From: Chiloscyllium plagiosum
Taxonomy: Eukaryota
DNA length: 64,000 bases
Reading direction: 5' to 3'
Assembly: GCF_004010195.1 (NCBI RefSeq)
Contig: NC_057728.1
Coordinates: forward strand, 30,939,178-31,003,177
In this document: piece by piece, positions 37,784-50,176 of the stretch
Layout of the letters: each line of letters begins with the position of its first letter
How positions within the stretch are numbered: the stretch's first letter is position 1
Position numbers and translations under genes: made by a program
Notes under the pieces: generated by a model
The model's database searches: none
Told to the model about the DNA's origin: nothing
The model's input: the letters and a program-made list of their open reading frames with translations, nothing else

Positions 37784-38703
37784 GTGAGTTTTAAAGAAGA
37801 TTTAGTGTCTGTCTGCTTAAGCATATCTGGATGGTCTATTTGTACGTGCCACCCTAGCAATGGAGATATTTTACTTTTAATCTTGAGCTCCTGGTCTCAG
37901 CTTCATTGGTGTGAATGAAAGTTTAGTACTTTTGTACAGGCAGGAAAGGAAAGCTGGAGGGGATCCTGGGCAAGTCAAGCTGGCACTCTGTGCATTGTAT
38001 TAATGAGTTATACCACAGAGTCATAAAACAGATTTTAATAAAATTGAACTATTTTATTAATAATTGAACAGTATTAACTTAAAAACTGTAAAATTTGAGT
38101 AACCAAGTTTTAAAACAGTATTTCTTGGAACTTAAAAAAAAAATTGAAAATGTTGCTCTAGTAGCCACTTTATTTCTTTGTGGAAACCACTAACTGACAT
38201 TCTTAACTCTAACCCCAATTCATTGTTACCAGGCAAGTCAATCTCTTATATTTTTCTTGGCTTTTACACCAACTGCAATTCACTGGTTCTCAGTTATCAT
38301 CAATTTCCTGTTCTAAGTCATTAGATCAGCTGGCCAGAGTGATCATCAATCCAACTTTTCTTCCCTTTTTGATGAGATTTGGTTTTGTTGCAGGAACTCT
38401 ACACCAGCTACAGAAGGTGTACTGAGTAAGAGGCTGCAAATTTCAATTCCTCAAGCTATTCTTTTGAGATAATTTCTTGAACAAAACTGAAAAAAAAGGT
38501 GATAGCAGTGGACTAGTACTATTATCACTAGATAAGTAATCCAGAGACCTGTGAAATGTTCCAGATACCCAGGTTCGAATCCCGCCTTGGCAAGTGCTGG
38601 AACTGAATTCAGTTTTAAAAAGCTGGAATTAAAAGTCTAATGATGACCTCAAAACCATTTTCAACCTTTGTACAAATCTGCCTGGTTCACTAATGCTCTT
38701 TCT

Positions 38704-39785
38704 TAAGAATCCCTACAGCATGGAAACAAGCCCTTCAGCCCAACAAGTCCACACTAACCAAAAGAGAAAATGTTGGAAAATCTCAGCAGGTCTGTCAGCA
38801 TCTGTAAGGAGAGAAAAGAGCGAGCTTTGACAAAGGGTCAGTTAGACTCGAAATGTCAGCTCTTTTCTCTCCTTACAGATGCTGCCAGACCTGCTGAGAT
38901 TTTCCAGCATTTTCTGTTTTGGTTTCAGATTCCAGCATCACGGTGGCACAGTGGTTAGCACTGCTGCCTCACAGCACCAGAGACCCGGGTTCAATTCCCG
39001 ACTCAGGCGACTGACTGTGTGGAGTTTGCACATTCTCCCCGTGTCTGCGTGGGTTTCCTCCGGGTGCTCCGGTTTCCTCCCACATCCAAAGATGTGCAGG
39101 TCAGGTGAATTGGCCATGCTAAATTGCCTGTAGTGTTAGGTTAATGTAGCGGAATAGGTGGGATGCGCTTCGGTGGGTCGGTGTGGACTTGTTGGGCCGA
39201 AGGGCCTGTTTCCACACTGTAAGTAATCTAATTTAATCTAATCATCCGCAGTAATTTGCTTTTAAGTCCACACCAACTCTCTGAAGACTAGCCCACCCAG
39301 ATCCATTCCCCTCCCCTATATTTACCCCTGACTAATGCACCTAACCTACAAATCCCTGAACACTATGGGCAATTTAGTATGGCCCATTCACCTAACCTGC
39401 ACATCTTTGGATTGTTACAGGAAACAAGAGCACCTGCAGAATATGTAAACTCCACACAGACAGATGCCTGAGGTTGGAATCAAACCGGAGTCCCTCGCGC
39501 TGTGAGGCAACAGTGCTAACCACTGAGCCACCATCTGCCCCTTTCTTTTTGAAGAGTAGACACCCAAACCCATTCCCCATTACTCTACATTTGCCCCCTG
39601 ACTAATACACCTAACCTATACATCCCAGAATGCTACTGGCAATTTAGCATGGCCAATTCACCTAACCTGCACATCTTTGGAGTGTGGGAGGAAACCAGAG
39701 CACCAGGAGGAAACCCACGCAGACACGGGGAGAACATGAAAAGTCCACACAGACAGTCACCAGAGGCTAGAATTGAACCAAGGTC
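38704..39785. mobile_element. Nested insertion block: minus HE1 (38704-39540) containing a Penelope-derived palindrome (38760-39263) containing a plus HE1 (38940-39243); second minus HE1 at ~39545-39785
   Basis: Direct repeat AAGTCCACACyAAC at 38745 and 39264 flanks the palindrome; HE1 heads, V-domains and TAATC tails are recognisable. Confidence 0.85.
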
Positions 39786-40080
39786 TTCCAGGAAGGGAAC
39801 TGGCATTCTTAGTCTAGCCTACATTTGACTCTTGACCCCAGACCATCAGCAATGTGATTGACTGAGATGACCTGGCAATTGCTAGAATGGGAAAAAAGAA
39901 ATGAAAATTATGGTCTACCTGGCATCAACTCAAGTACCAGAAACAACAATGGCACACATAGCCCTGTAAAGCCAATTCTGTAAAGCCCTCCTTACTAATA
40001 TCCGGGGCTAGTGCCAAAATTGGGAGAGCTGTCTTTGGAGAGGCAATAGTTTGGCATGGCTATACTCATGGAATCATATC

Positions 40081-40390
40081 TAGATTAGATTAGATTCCCT
40101 ACAGTGTAGAAATAGGCCCTTCGGCCCAATCAGTCCACACTGAAGGGTAACCCACCCAGACCCATTTCCCTCTGACTAATGCACCTAAAGCTATGGGCAA
40201 TTTGGCATGACCAATTCACCTGACCTGCATATCTTTGGACTGTGGGAGAAAACCAGGACACCCGGAGGAAACAAGTGCAGACACAGAGAGAATGTCCACA
40301 TGGCACACAGACAGTCGCCTGATGCTGGAATCGAACCTGGGACCCTGGTGCTGTGAGCCAGCAGTGCTGACCACTGAGCCACTGTGCCAC
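40081..40390 (-). mobile_element. HE1-type SINE inserted in the LINE endonuclease
   Basis: (GATTA)n tail at 40081; head GGTGGCACAGTGGCTCAGTGGTCAGCAC on minus; the flanks rejoin as TESYL..N.P. Confidence 0.9.
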
Positions 40391-41905
40391 CTTGCACATA
40401 ATCTCCCACACAATACCATCACATCCCTGGATATATCCTGTCTCACCAGCAAAGGCGGTGGCACAGTGGTATACGGACAGGAGGGAATTGCCGTAGCAGT
40501 TTGGAACATTGACTTCAGGCCTCATCAGATCAAACACAGACAAGAAAGCCTCCTGTTGATTACCACGTACTGCACCCTTCAGCTGATGAATCTGTGCTCC
40601 TCCATGTTGAGCACCATTTGAAGGACACACCAAGAGTGGTAAGAGTGCAGAATATGTTAGATGTGCACCAGGAGTGGCTCAGCAGCACCACTACTGACCA
40701 GGCTGGTTGAGTCTTAAAGGATATAGCTGCTAGGCTGGCTCCCTGTCAGTCGATGAGGGAACCAACAAGAAGGAAAAAAAAAATGCTTGACCTCACCAAT
40801 CTGCCTGTCGCAGATGTATCTATCCATGACCGTATTGGTAAGAGTGACACCTTTACAGTTCTTGTGTATATTGATTCCAGCCTTCACATTCAGAATAAGC
40901 TCCATCTTGCTTTAGGTCATTATCAACTTGCCAAATGGGACAAACTTCAAACAAATCTAGCAACTCAATACTGGGCATCCATGAGTTGATGTGCCCAATC
41001 AGCAGCAACAGAGTTGTACTCCAACACAATCTGTAACATTATGCATTGGCATACCCCTGATTCTTCAATCAAGCCAGGGGATCAACCCTGGTTAAATGCA
41101 GGCTAGCATGTCAGCAGCAGCGCCAGGCATTTCTAAAAATGAGAGGTCAACTTCAAAAGCTACAACACCGGACTACTTGCATGTCAAATAGCATTAGCAA
41201 CAAATGATGGACAGAGCGAAGTGATTCCACAACCAGCTGGTCAGATCTAAGTTCTGTAGACATGTCGCATCCAGTCATGAATGGTGGTGGACAATTAAAT
41301 AACTAAATACAGCATGAGGCACTGCAAGTCCCAGTTCATCAGTGCAAAAGGAAAGGGTAATGCATTTATGACAATCTTCAGCCAGAAACTTCAAATGGGT
41401 GATCTATCTTGGCATCTTCCAGAAATCCCCAGTATCACAGATGCCAGTCTTCTGCCAATTTGTTTCACTCCCCTTTTAGCTAGAAACAATTGGAGGCACA
41501 GGATACTGAAAAGGCTATGAACCCTGACAGTATTCTGACAATAGTAGAAGACTGAAGCTCCAGAATCTGCCATAGCCCTAGCCAAGCTGTTCTAGTACAG
41601 CTACAACACTTGTAGTCACCTGACAATGTGGAAAATTATCCAGGTACGCTCTGTACAAAAAAGCAGGACAAATCCAATCCAGTCAATTACCACCACATTG
41701 ATGTACTCTCGATCATCATTAAAATGATGAAAGATGTCTGCAATTGTGCTATGAAGCAGTGGTTATGTAGCAATAACAAGCTCAATGATGCTCAGTTTGG
41801 GTTCCACTAGGGCCACTCAGCTCCTGAACTCATTATAGCCTTGGTTCAAAAATGGACAAAAGAGCTGAATTCCGGGGAGAGGTGAGGGTGAATCTCCTTG
41901 GCATC

Positions 41906-42358
41906 TGTGGTGTAAAATTCCAAGCAGTGGAATGTGGTGAAACGGTTAAAAATTATGTCCCAATACATGTGTGAATCTAACCGGAATGGAGGTGTTGCTT
42001 AGTCCCGTGTGAATCTTCTTATCTGTATGTAACCAGAATGGAATGTGTTTTTTAGCCTTGCTCTGCTGTTCACATGAATGTTTATATCTGGAAAAGAGTA
42101 TATCAGCTGGAAAAGTCTCCAGTTCGGTGAGTCTGCTCCGGGGTTACGTTTAACCGCCGAGCGTGGGTTGTTGGCAACCGCTCTACGAGAACTGACGGCT
42201 CCCAGTTTTGGTAACATGTAGAGTGAGTATAAGCCAGACCCGTTCTGGCGACGCTGCGGGGAATAAAATGCCCATATTCTAGCAGACTCGCCTCTTGGTC
42301 GTTTGTTCTGTGTCAGACTACTCTCCTACGAACCTGACCTTGAGAATTTTTTGAAACA
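41906..42358 (+). mobile_element. Solo LTR (453 bp) with a 5-bp TSD
   Basis: GCATC at 41901-41905 and 42359-42363; termini TGT...ACA; TATAAG 42228-42233; AATAAA 42262-42267; splits the LINE RT at L.I|K..F. Confidence 0.85.
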
Positions 42359-43936
42359 GCATCAAGGCCACATTTCACCAAATGTGACAACACGAGCCCT
42401 ATCAAGGCTGGAGTTGATGGGAATCAATGGGGAAAACACTCCACTGATTGGTGTCATACTTGGCACAAAGGAAATTGTTGTGGTTGTTGAAGTTCAATCA
42501 CCTTAATTCCAGGACACCTCCACTGGAATTGTCAGGGTAGTGTCTTAGGTCCAACCATCTTTGGCTGCTTCATCAATGACACCCCATCCCCAATCAAAAG
42601 GTCAGAATAGGGTGGAGGGAGTGTTCTCTGATGACTGCACAATGTTCAGCACCATATGTAACTCCTCAGATATTGAAGTAATTCATATCCAAATGCAGCA
42701 TGACATGAAAAATATCCAGGTTTATGCTGAGAAGTGGCACGTAATATTCATGACACAGAGGTGTCAGGTAAAAAAACCACCGTCAGCAAGAGAGAATCTA
42801 ACCATTGCTCTTTGGCAGTCAATGATATTGCCATTCTATCAATGTACGGGGCTTACCATTGATCAGATATTGAACTGGACCAACCACATAAATACTGTGG
42901 CTACAAGATCTGCTTAGAGACCAGGAATCCTGCAGCAATTTGCTCATCTCCCAATACCTGTCCACCATCTAAAAGGCTCAAGGCAAGAGGGTGATGGAAT
43001 AATTTCCCCTTGCCTGCATGAGCAGCTCCAATAACATTTAAGAAACTTGGCACCATCCAAACCCCAGCAGCTTGCTTCATTGGTACAGCACCAACAAACA
43101 TTCACTCCCTCCCCCACTGATACTTGTGGCAGTATCGAGTATCAATTCCAAGATGCAGTGCAAAAATTCATCAAGGCTCCTTAGTCAACACCTTCCAAAC
43201 CATAACCATTACTATCTAGAAGAACAAGGACAACAGATTTATTGGGGAACAACACCATCTGTAAAATCCCCTCCAAGTCACTCACCATCATGACTTAGAA
43301 ATACATCTCTGTTCCTTCACTGTCACTGGCTCAAAATCCTGAAATTCCCTCCCTAACTGCATATGGTCTACCTGCAGCACATGGACTGCAGTGGTTCAAG
43401 AATGTAGCTCACCAACACTTTTTCAAGGGCAACTAGTAATAGGCAAAAATGCTAGTTTAACTAGTGATGTCGTCATCCTTTGAATGAATGAGAATAAATC
43501 AAGGAATTAAAAATCACTTTTAAGTCTACATCTGATCTAATGTAATGTTTAATTCTCATGTCCATGCATACCTGACTGCTAATGATTTAATAATATGCCA
43601 TCTCTGTGACACCTTATCATAACGTGAAGAATTACATTATGGATCAGCACACCTGAACAGTAAACTGCTGAGCTGCAATTTGGATACTTTGATAGGTAAC
43701 ATGAATATCAGGATGTGTCTCCATAACACTGATCTCATTCAATTGCCATTCTAGTCTGCTGTGATAGTGGCCGACTTTGAACAATTATACTTAGCATGCA
43801 TTTTTCAATATTTTGGTTTTATTATTGAGAAGGTACTTCCCAACTTTGACAGTGTTCTGTTATTGGTTTTGTGATGCTATAGATGTTTAAAATGTTAGCC
43901 TCATTTTAAATTAATTAAAAACCCTTATAATTTCAG

Positions 43937-44382
43937 ATAGAAATATGAACATTTTACGGTACTGCCCTACCTCAGATGCTTGGACTGTCCTAGAATCCTG
44001 TGAACTTCATATTCGTAAACAACAAATGGTGTCTGTGGAAGATACAATTTACCTTGTTGGTGGCTGCATCCATGAGAAAGGTGGAAGTAGGAAGGGAAGT
44101 CATACTGAAGATATGCTTACAATTCAGTCCTACAATGTGAACACTAGGGAATGGCTCCACCTCAAGGAAAACACATCGAAATCTGGATTAAATTTGACTT
44201 GTACATTGCACAATGATGGGATCTACATTATAAGTAGAGATATTGCACCAACAACCAGCCTTGAACATCGTGTATTCCTCAAGTACAATCTATTTTCAGA
44301 TATGTGGGAAGCATTCCGACGTTTTCCAGCATTTGGACAAAATACTTTACTTTGCTCATTGTATTTCCCTAACATAATTTAA
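43937..44382 (+). CDS. KLHL42: KLHL42 exon 3 (C-terminal kelch repeats)
   Basis: Acceptor TAATTTCAG; (D)RNMNILRYCPTSDAW...HIRKQQMVSVEDTIYLVGG...NTSKSGLNLTCTLHNDGIYI...LEHRVFLKYNLFSD.WEAFRRFPAFGQN; stop TAA at 44380-44382. CDS total 1401 nt. Confidence 0.95.
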
Positions 44383-44618
44383 CAGTAATTGTTTTGTGAT
44401 GAAATGGAGTTGGTGTAAATGCAGCAAGATCCTAAAATGAAGAGGAATGGTAGATGTGGGCCAATTTAATGGAAGCAAACTGCTCCACCTTAAACGACTC
44501 AGAGTTGATCATTATTCCTAGGCAATTAGTTGTGAACTGAATCTTCACAGTAATAATACAACAGCAGGTATCTCCTACTTAACTTCAAAATTGTAATTGG
44601 GGAACACAAGCTAAAACA

Positions 44619-44859
44619 AATAAATTCCTTCTGATTAATAATACAACTGAATTACTTTTCTTAAATGTTAAAGAACAAAGACAAGATTTTAAAAACACAG
44701 TTATATGGCAGTGATTGGTGTCAATCACTTGAGAAGGGGCCTTGTTATTAAATGACTGTTGATGGCAAAGTTACATTCCAGTGAAGTATGATGTTGAGCC
44801 TAGAAGTGACTCATAATGCATGATGTGTCTTCAGTGCAGAATACTTATAACCTAATAAA
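44619..44859 (+). terminator. Candidate KLHL42 polyadenylation signals
   Basis: AATAAA at 44619-44624 and 44854-44859 in an AT-rich, repeat-free 3' UTR. Actual usage is unknown. Confidence 0.3.
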
Positions 44860-46878
44860 AGCTTAATTTTACTCCACTAAAGAATCTTTCATTGCTCCAA
44901 ACAATAACAATTTTGTTCATATAGACATTTCATCAGCATGACACAAAATGCACTGCAGCAATCTGGTTTATCAAGGTTTGCTGTTTTACAGATGAATGTG
45001 TACTTTAAAATGGGACTGTTTCTGTGTTTTTAAAAATGAATCAATTTCAAAATCTTGATGTCAACACTTTAAAGTATTTAGAATACAGGTTACATGTTTA
45101 ATTTATTTTTGTTAATCATTTGTGTCAAGAGTGAAGAGGAGTGTTGGAGCTGGTCTGATTCTTGTTCTGACAGTGTAAAGGTGCTCAATTAACTCTAAAT
45201 TTTAGACGATAAATATATGAATTCTCCTCGCATTTATGTTTTCCACTTGATTGCCATTGAAACAAGCTCTGATATTACAAAATGAACTTATATTTAGAAA
45301 TCTCTAATATATTAAAAATGTTGCTGATGTCCTGTATTTGTCACACACTTGTGTCAACTTCAGTGATAAATTTCTGTGTCTACAGTTGTATTAGAAATTG
45401 CTTGTGGACTTATTACATTGAAGTTACAACCTTCTGAGATCACTGCAGTTTGTATCTATCAGCTCCTTAATTTGTTGAGGATGAAAATGCCATACCTCCA
45501 GCCAAATCTGCTTCTCAGCTGCATATTTGTTATTCGACCACAAATAATGTAAAAATCAAAGAGAAAGTGACAGTGAAGTTATTAGTGATGATTCTTTGTA
45601 TCTTTTGTTTGCTTTTGACAGGACACTTGTTAATTATTCACTTGGGAGCATTTGTTAATTTTTCACATGTCCCCATAAAAATCATTTCCATAATACTCCA
45701 ATGTTTCCTAATATATCTTTACAACCAAAAAATTACAATGATTCCAATGTTCAGATTTTGCTCTAGCAGTGCACTGACCAGTGTATGCTACTTTAGGTTT
45801 CTAAATATTTGGGAATGACAAGTTGCTGAAAATGGTAGCTGATAATGTTGTTCTGAGGGAAAACTGGGCTTAACTGAGTAAACAGCCAAGCTCCGCTTAT
45901 TTCTTTAATCAATCAGACCGAAGGACAGGGAAGGAAGTGTACATTAAAGGAAGTGAATTTAATGTCATATCAAGTGCAGAAAAAAAATGAGAAATATTAG
46001 ATTGAGACAGATCAACACAAAAGAGAAAAATTGAAAAAAAAGGACTTGATTTAAAATTCTACATTTTTATAATCTCCAATAACAATTCACACCTGAAGGG
46101 ATAATCATTTTCAGTTCTTCAGAAGTTGGCTGTTATTAACATTTCTTCAAGGTCTGCCCAAATGAATGTTCTTGATGATTGTTCACTCAATCACAGCTAA
46201 GTGGCTTCGTTCTTTTACTATTGGTGAGGCATAGCTGCAGGGCCTGAGTCTATTTGAGCTGGAATGGTGATTGAACCCTACATTGTTGTCATTAATATAA
46301 TCCACATGCTGCATGTCTATTAACCATCGTCCTTTATTAACACTTCGCACCTAATTAAAAGTGTTCTTATATTTGAAGTAGCAAGAGTTAATTTTCTGTA
46401 GGAAATTTAGTTCATTTCTACCATCTAAGTAGAGCAACTTCATGATATTGATTATATAGGAACGGTAAGGCAGTTAGAAGGATGGCATGTTTGTAAATTC
46501 TGACAGGTACTTTTGGATGCTGACATTTACACCTAACATCTGTCCCCCACCTGAAATCAAATTACTTTTCAAATTGTTCTAATTTTATTCTACATTTATT
46601 CTGATCATTCATGATTACTATTGTAATAGGAACAGGTGTAGGCAATTAAACCCCTCAAATTTGTCCTGCCATTCAGATAGCTCATGCTTGATCTGTATTT
46701 CACTTCCATCCAACTACCTTCGTGCCTAAGCTGTTATGCCCTATTCTAGCAAAAATCTACAGATCTCTGGATTTAAAATTTGTAATTAGGCCAACATTTA
46801 CAACTTTATGTGGGTGGGATTACAACATTTCGATCACAAGTTGTGTGAACAAGTGTTTCTTAATTCCCTTCCTGTATG

Positions 46879-47000
46879 CTGATTAAGGGTTTATGCCTGA
46901 AACGTCGATTCTCCTGCTCCTCGGATGCTGCCTGACCTGCTGTGCTTTTCCAGCACCACACACTTGACTCTGATCTCCAGCATCTGCAGCACTCACTTTC
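46879..47000 (+). mobile_element. Penelope-derived short element with a 15-bp flanking direct repeat
   Basis: TTCCCTTCCTGTATG at 46864-46878 and 47001-47015; same family as 37286-37496. Confidence 0.82.
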
Positions 47001-47091
47001 TTCCCTTCCTGTATGGCCTGGCTGTGAGTTAGGATTATACATTCATATCCTAGACATCCCCACCAATGGAAAATGTTTTCTTTTTTTAATC

Positions 47092-47375
47092 TATTCACAG
47101 CATGTGAGCATCACTAGCTTAGCCAGCATTCAGTGCCCATCCCTAATTGCCCAGTGGGCAGTTAAGAGTCAGCCACGTTACTATAGGTCTGAGTAACAGG
47201 TAAAGATGGCAGTTTTCCTTCCCTAAAGGATGTTAGTGAACCAGGTGGGTTTTTTCAACATCTGACAATGGTATCATGGACACCATTTGAGGCTTAATTC
47301 CAGATTTTTATTGAATTCATTTTCCACCATCTGTTGTGGCAGGATGGAAACCCAGTCCCCCAGAACATTACCTGA
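47092..47375 (-). mobile_element. tRNA-derived SINE (family of 49828-50176) within old minus-strand CR1 debris (46620-48400)
   Basis: The reverse complement matches 49880-50170 (GCCCATCCCTAATTGCCC, CCTAAAGGATGTTAGTGAACC, CCCCAGAACATTA). Confidence 0.85.
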
Positions 47376-47829
47376 TCTTTAAAAAAAACTATATCATCTT
47401 TTAACTATAAGACAGAAAAATAAACCTTACTTATTTAATCTCTCCTTAGAATTTAATCCTCTACTGAATCTGCTGAACACCTCCAAAGGCCAAAATATCC
47501 TTTCTAAATTGCACTGCCTAGCATTGTATTCCAGATTTGATCCAATCAGTGTTTTGTATAGCTGTGGTTTGGCAACCTCTTTGCTTTAATTTAGATCTCT
47601 AGTTATAAATTTTAACATTCCATAAGCCTTTTGATAGGTTTTTTTTGTTAATGCAATATATTATTAACTGTAAGCATGAACTCCTAAATCTCTTTGTTTC
47701 TCATTTTTTGCCATTAAAATCTAAAATGGATTATCTGTTTTGAATCCTATCTGCTACAGTTTGTCCACTTTATCAAGTAATACTTATTATTCATTTTATG
47801 CACCCATCTAGTAAATCACCATAGGTCCT

Positions 47830-48012
47830 GAGGTCTGCTCTCAGAGAGACACACTGGAGGGAAGTTTAACTTGAGGGTCACCATGCCTCAGGTGAGGGGC
47901 AAGGTTGAGACCTTCATGATGACATTAACCCATACAGGAATGTGAACCAGTGTTGTTGGCATCACTCTGCATTGCCAACCAGCCATCCAGCAAACTGAGT
48001 TAACTGATTCCC
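47830..48012 (-). mobile_element. tRNA-derived SINE of a third family (related copy at 62176-62350)
   Basis: Minus head TCAGTTAACTCAGTT...GGTTCACATTCC; shared body GTTTAACTTGAGGGTCACCATGCCTCAGGTGAGGGGC. Confidence 0.65.
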
Positions 48013-49827
48013 AACTACACACACCCATGTACACACCTAACTGTATCACCATTCTTTGGATCATTGACAAAGTTGAATATATTGCTGTTAATTTTTTCAG
48101 TCATTAATAAATGAAATGCATTTATGAGGTTCTGGCACAGATCCTTGTGTGATGTCAGTAGTCACTCAATTTCAAATTGAATGCATAGCTGTTATGCTAC
48201 TCTCTGTCTTCTGTTATCTAACCAATCTCCCACCCAGAACAAAAGTCTACAATTCCACGAGCTTTAATTTTACAGCCTATTACACAAAAATGTATTGAAT
48301 GCGTTTGGATGTCCATGCAAATTATATCAATAACTAGCAACATTGTTTATTCACTAATTAAATCAGTTTAATTAGACATTATCTACCCTTTCATATATTA
48401 CATGTAAACAACAGCATAGCGATTAAATTACAGGATTGATAATTCAACGGTCTTGATTAATACTTTGGAGACACAACTTTCTTTTTTATAACAACTGAGG
48501 GATTTCCCTTTTTATGTAACTATAAAGACTTTAGTGTTCACCTTGATATCATTCACATATTTCTTCTATCATTTGAATCTTAGTTGACTTGGTCTTATAA
48601 TATTAATGATTACATTGCCAGCAATATGAAACTTCTAAGCTAAACTAAAAAGTTTAAAAATTGATTGTTGCTCAACATGTTGAAAACAACTTATGAATAT
48701 TTTATTATTCCCAACATCTATATACAGGTACACATAAACACAATAAAAAATAAACAAAATTGCTGCTCTTCAGAAATTCAGACTGATACATTTAGAAATC
48801 AAGAATGCTTGCAAGTAATTGATTCTTCTTTTCCTGCAACACTTAAATTCTATAAAATTACAGGAATAATCTGAATAAAGTTGACTTTTTTGTATATTTG
48901 TGTAAAAAATGAAAACGACTGCCCAAATAAAGAACTAATAATAATTTACTACCTCTCATGGTGATGAAAATGAGTTTGCTACTTCCATCCTGGCAATTAG
49001 GGTCCATTTATTTTCTGCCAGACCTGTAGCTAAATTCAGGAAAGCACCTGTGATCATTTTCTATTCCATTTATTTGTTCTAATCTGGTTTCTTTTAGCAG
49101 TGGCATTTTTTGGAACGGTATTATTTAATTATTTAATAATTTGACTATTGGCACATTTGATCATTGAAGATGGATGTGAATGATATTAAAATAATCCCTG
49201 AATAATATTTAAACTCCTATTATGTATGTGTGATATTATTAATAGATACAACCTAATTCATTACTGTGAAGATTGAGAGTTTTGCTAATGTTCATGATTC
49301 ACTGTTAGCTTCATCTCACAGTTTGTGATTTGATTAAATTATAATCTTGTGACTCTCTGGCAGGTATTTCTCTTCTTACATAGAGGAAGGCAAGTCACAT
49401 TGAGGATAGACACACTACCGAATAAGCTGTAATGAATGAATGAAATACAGTTGTCATTAGCATTCAACAAAATAAATAAAATTTAGAAACTTAAGTATTT
49501 CTCCTAAGTAAACATCCATGCACCTTGGTACCAAATTAAAGTACAATAACTTTAACAGGCAATGTGAGCACAATGAATCTAAATAAATTATATTATAATT
49601 GGAATAGACAGTTAGTCATTGTTAGTTGGATATTGCAATGAGATTAAAATATTATATTGAACATTTGAATAAAAATTGTGTTGTTCTGTATTACAAAGCA
49701 AAATTGTTGTCCTATCTGGTGGATGAAATTTATTTACTGTGGAACAGAAATAGAGCCATTCAAATTATGACAACTTGTTAATTTGATGGTCAAACTATAT
49801 GAAGTGAGCCATATGATGAATGGATTA

Positions 49828-50176
49828 GGGAGGTAATGTCCTAGTTGTATTATCACTGGACTGTTAATCCAGAGACCCAGATAATGTTCTGGGGACCTGG
49901 GTTTGAATCCCGCCATGGCAAGTGGTCAATTTGAATTGAATGAATACCTGGAATTAAGAATCTAATGGTGACCATAAATCCATTGCTGATTGTCAGAAAA
50001 GCCCATTAGTTCACCAATGTCCTTTGGGGACTGAAACTGCCAACCTTACCTGATCTGGCCTACATGTGACTCCTGATCCACAGCAATGTAGTTGCCTCTT
50101 AACTGCCCTCTGAGAAATTAGGAATGGGCAATAAATGCTGCCCTGCCAGCAATGCCTCATCCCATGAATGAATAAA
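49828..50176 (+). mobile_element. Complete tRNA-derived SINE sharing both head and tail with the LINE at 38500-43498
   Basis: A box TGTCCTAGTTG; B box GGTTTGAATCC (49900-49910); tail GGGCAATAAATGCTG...CATCCCATGAATGAATAAA. Confidence 0.88.

Larger units (their letters stand above)
38500..43498 (+). mobile_element. Decayed, apparently full-length CR1-group LINE with a tRNA-like head, in KLHL42 intron 2, interrupted by several insertions
   Basis: B box GGTTCGAATCCC at 38572-38583; endonuclease start LLTNI.GLVPKLGELS at ~39988; GGGTVVY, VREPTR..MLDL.NLP, SD; RT QGSVLGP (~42533) and FSDDC; 3' tail ...TGAATGAATGAGAATAAA. Confidence 0.82.
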
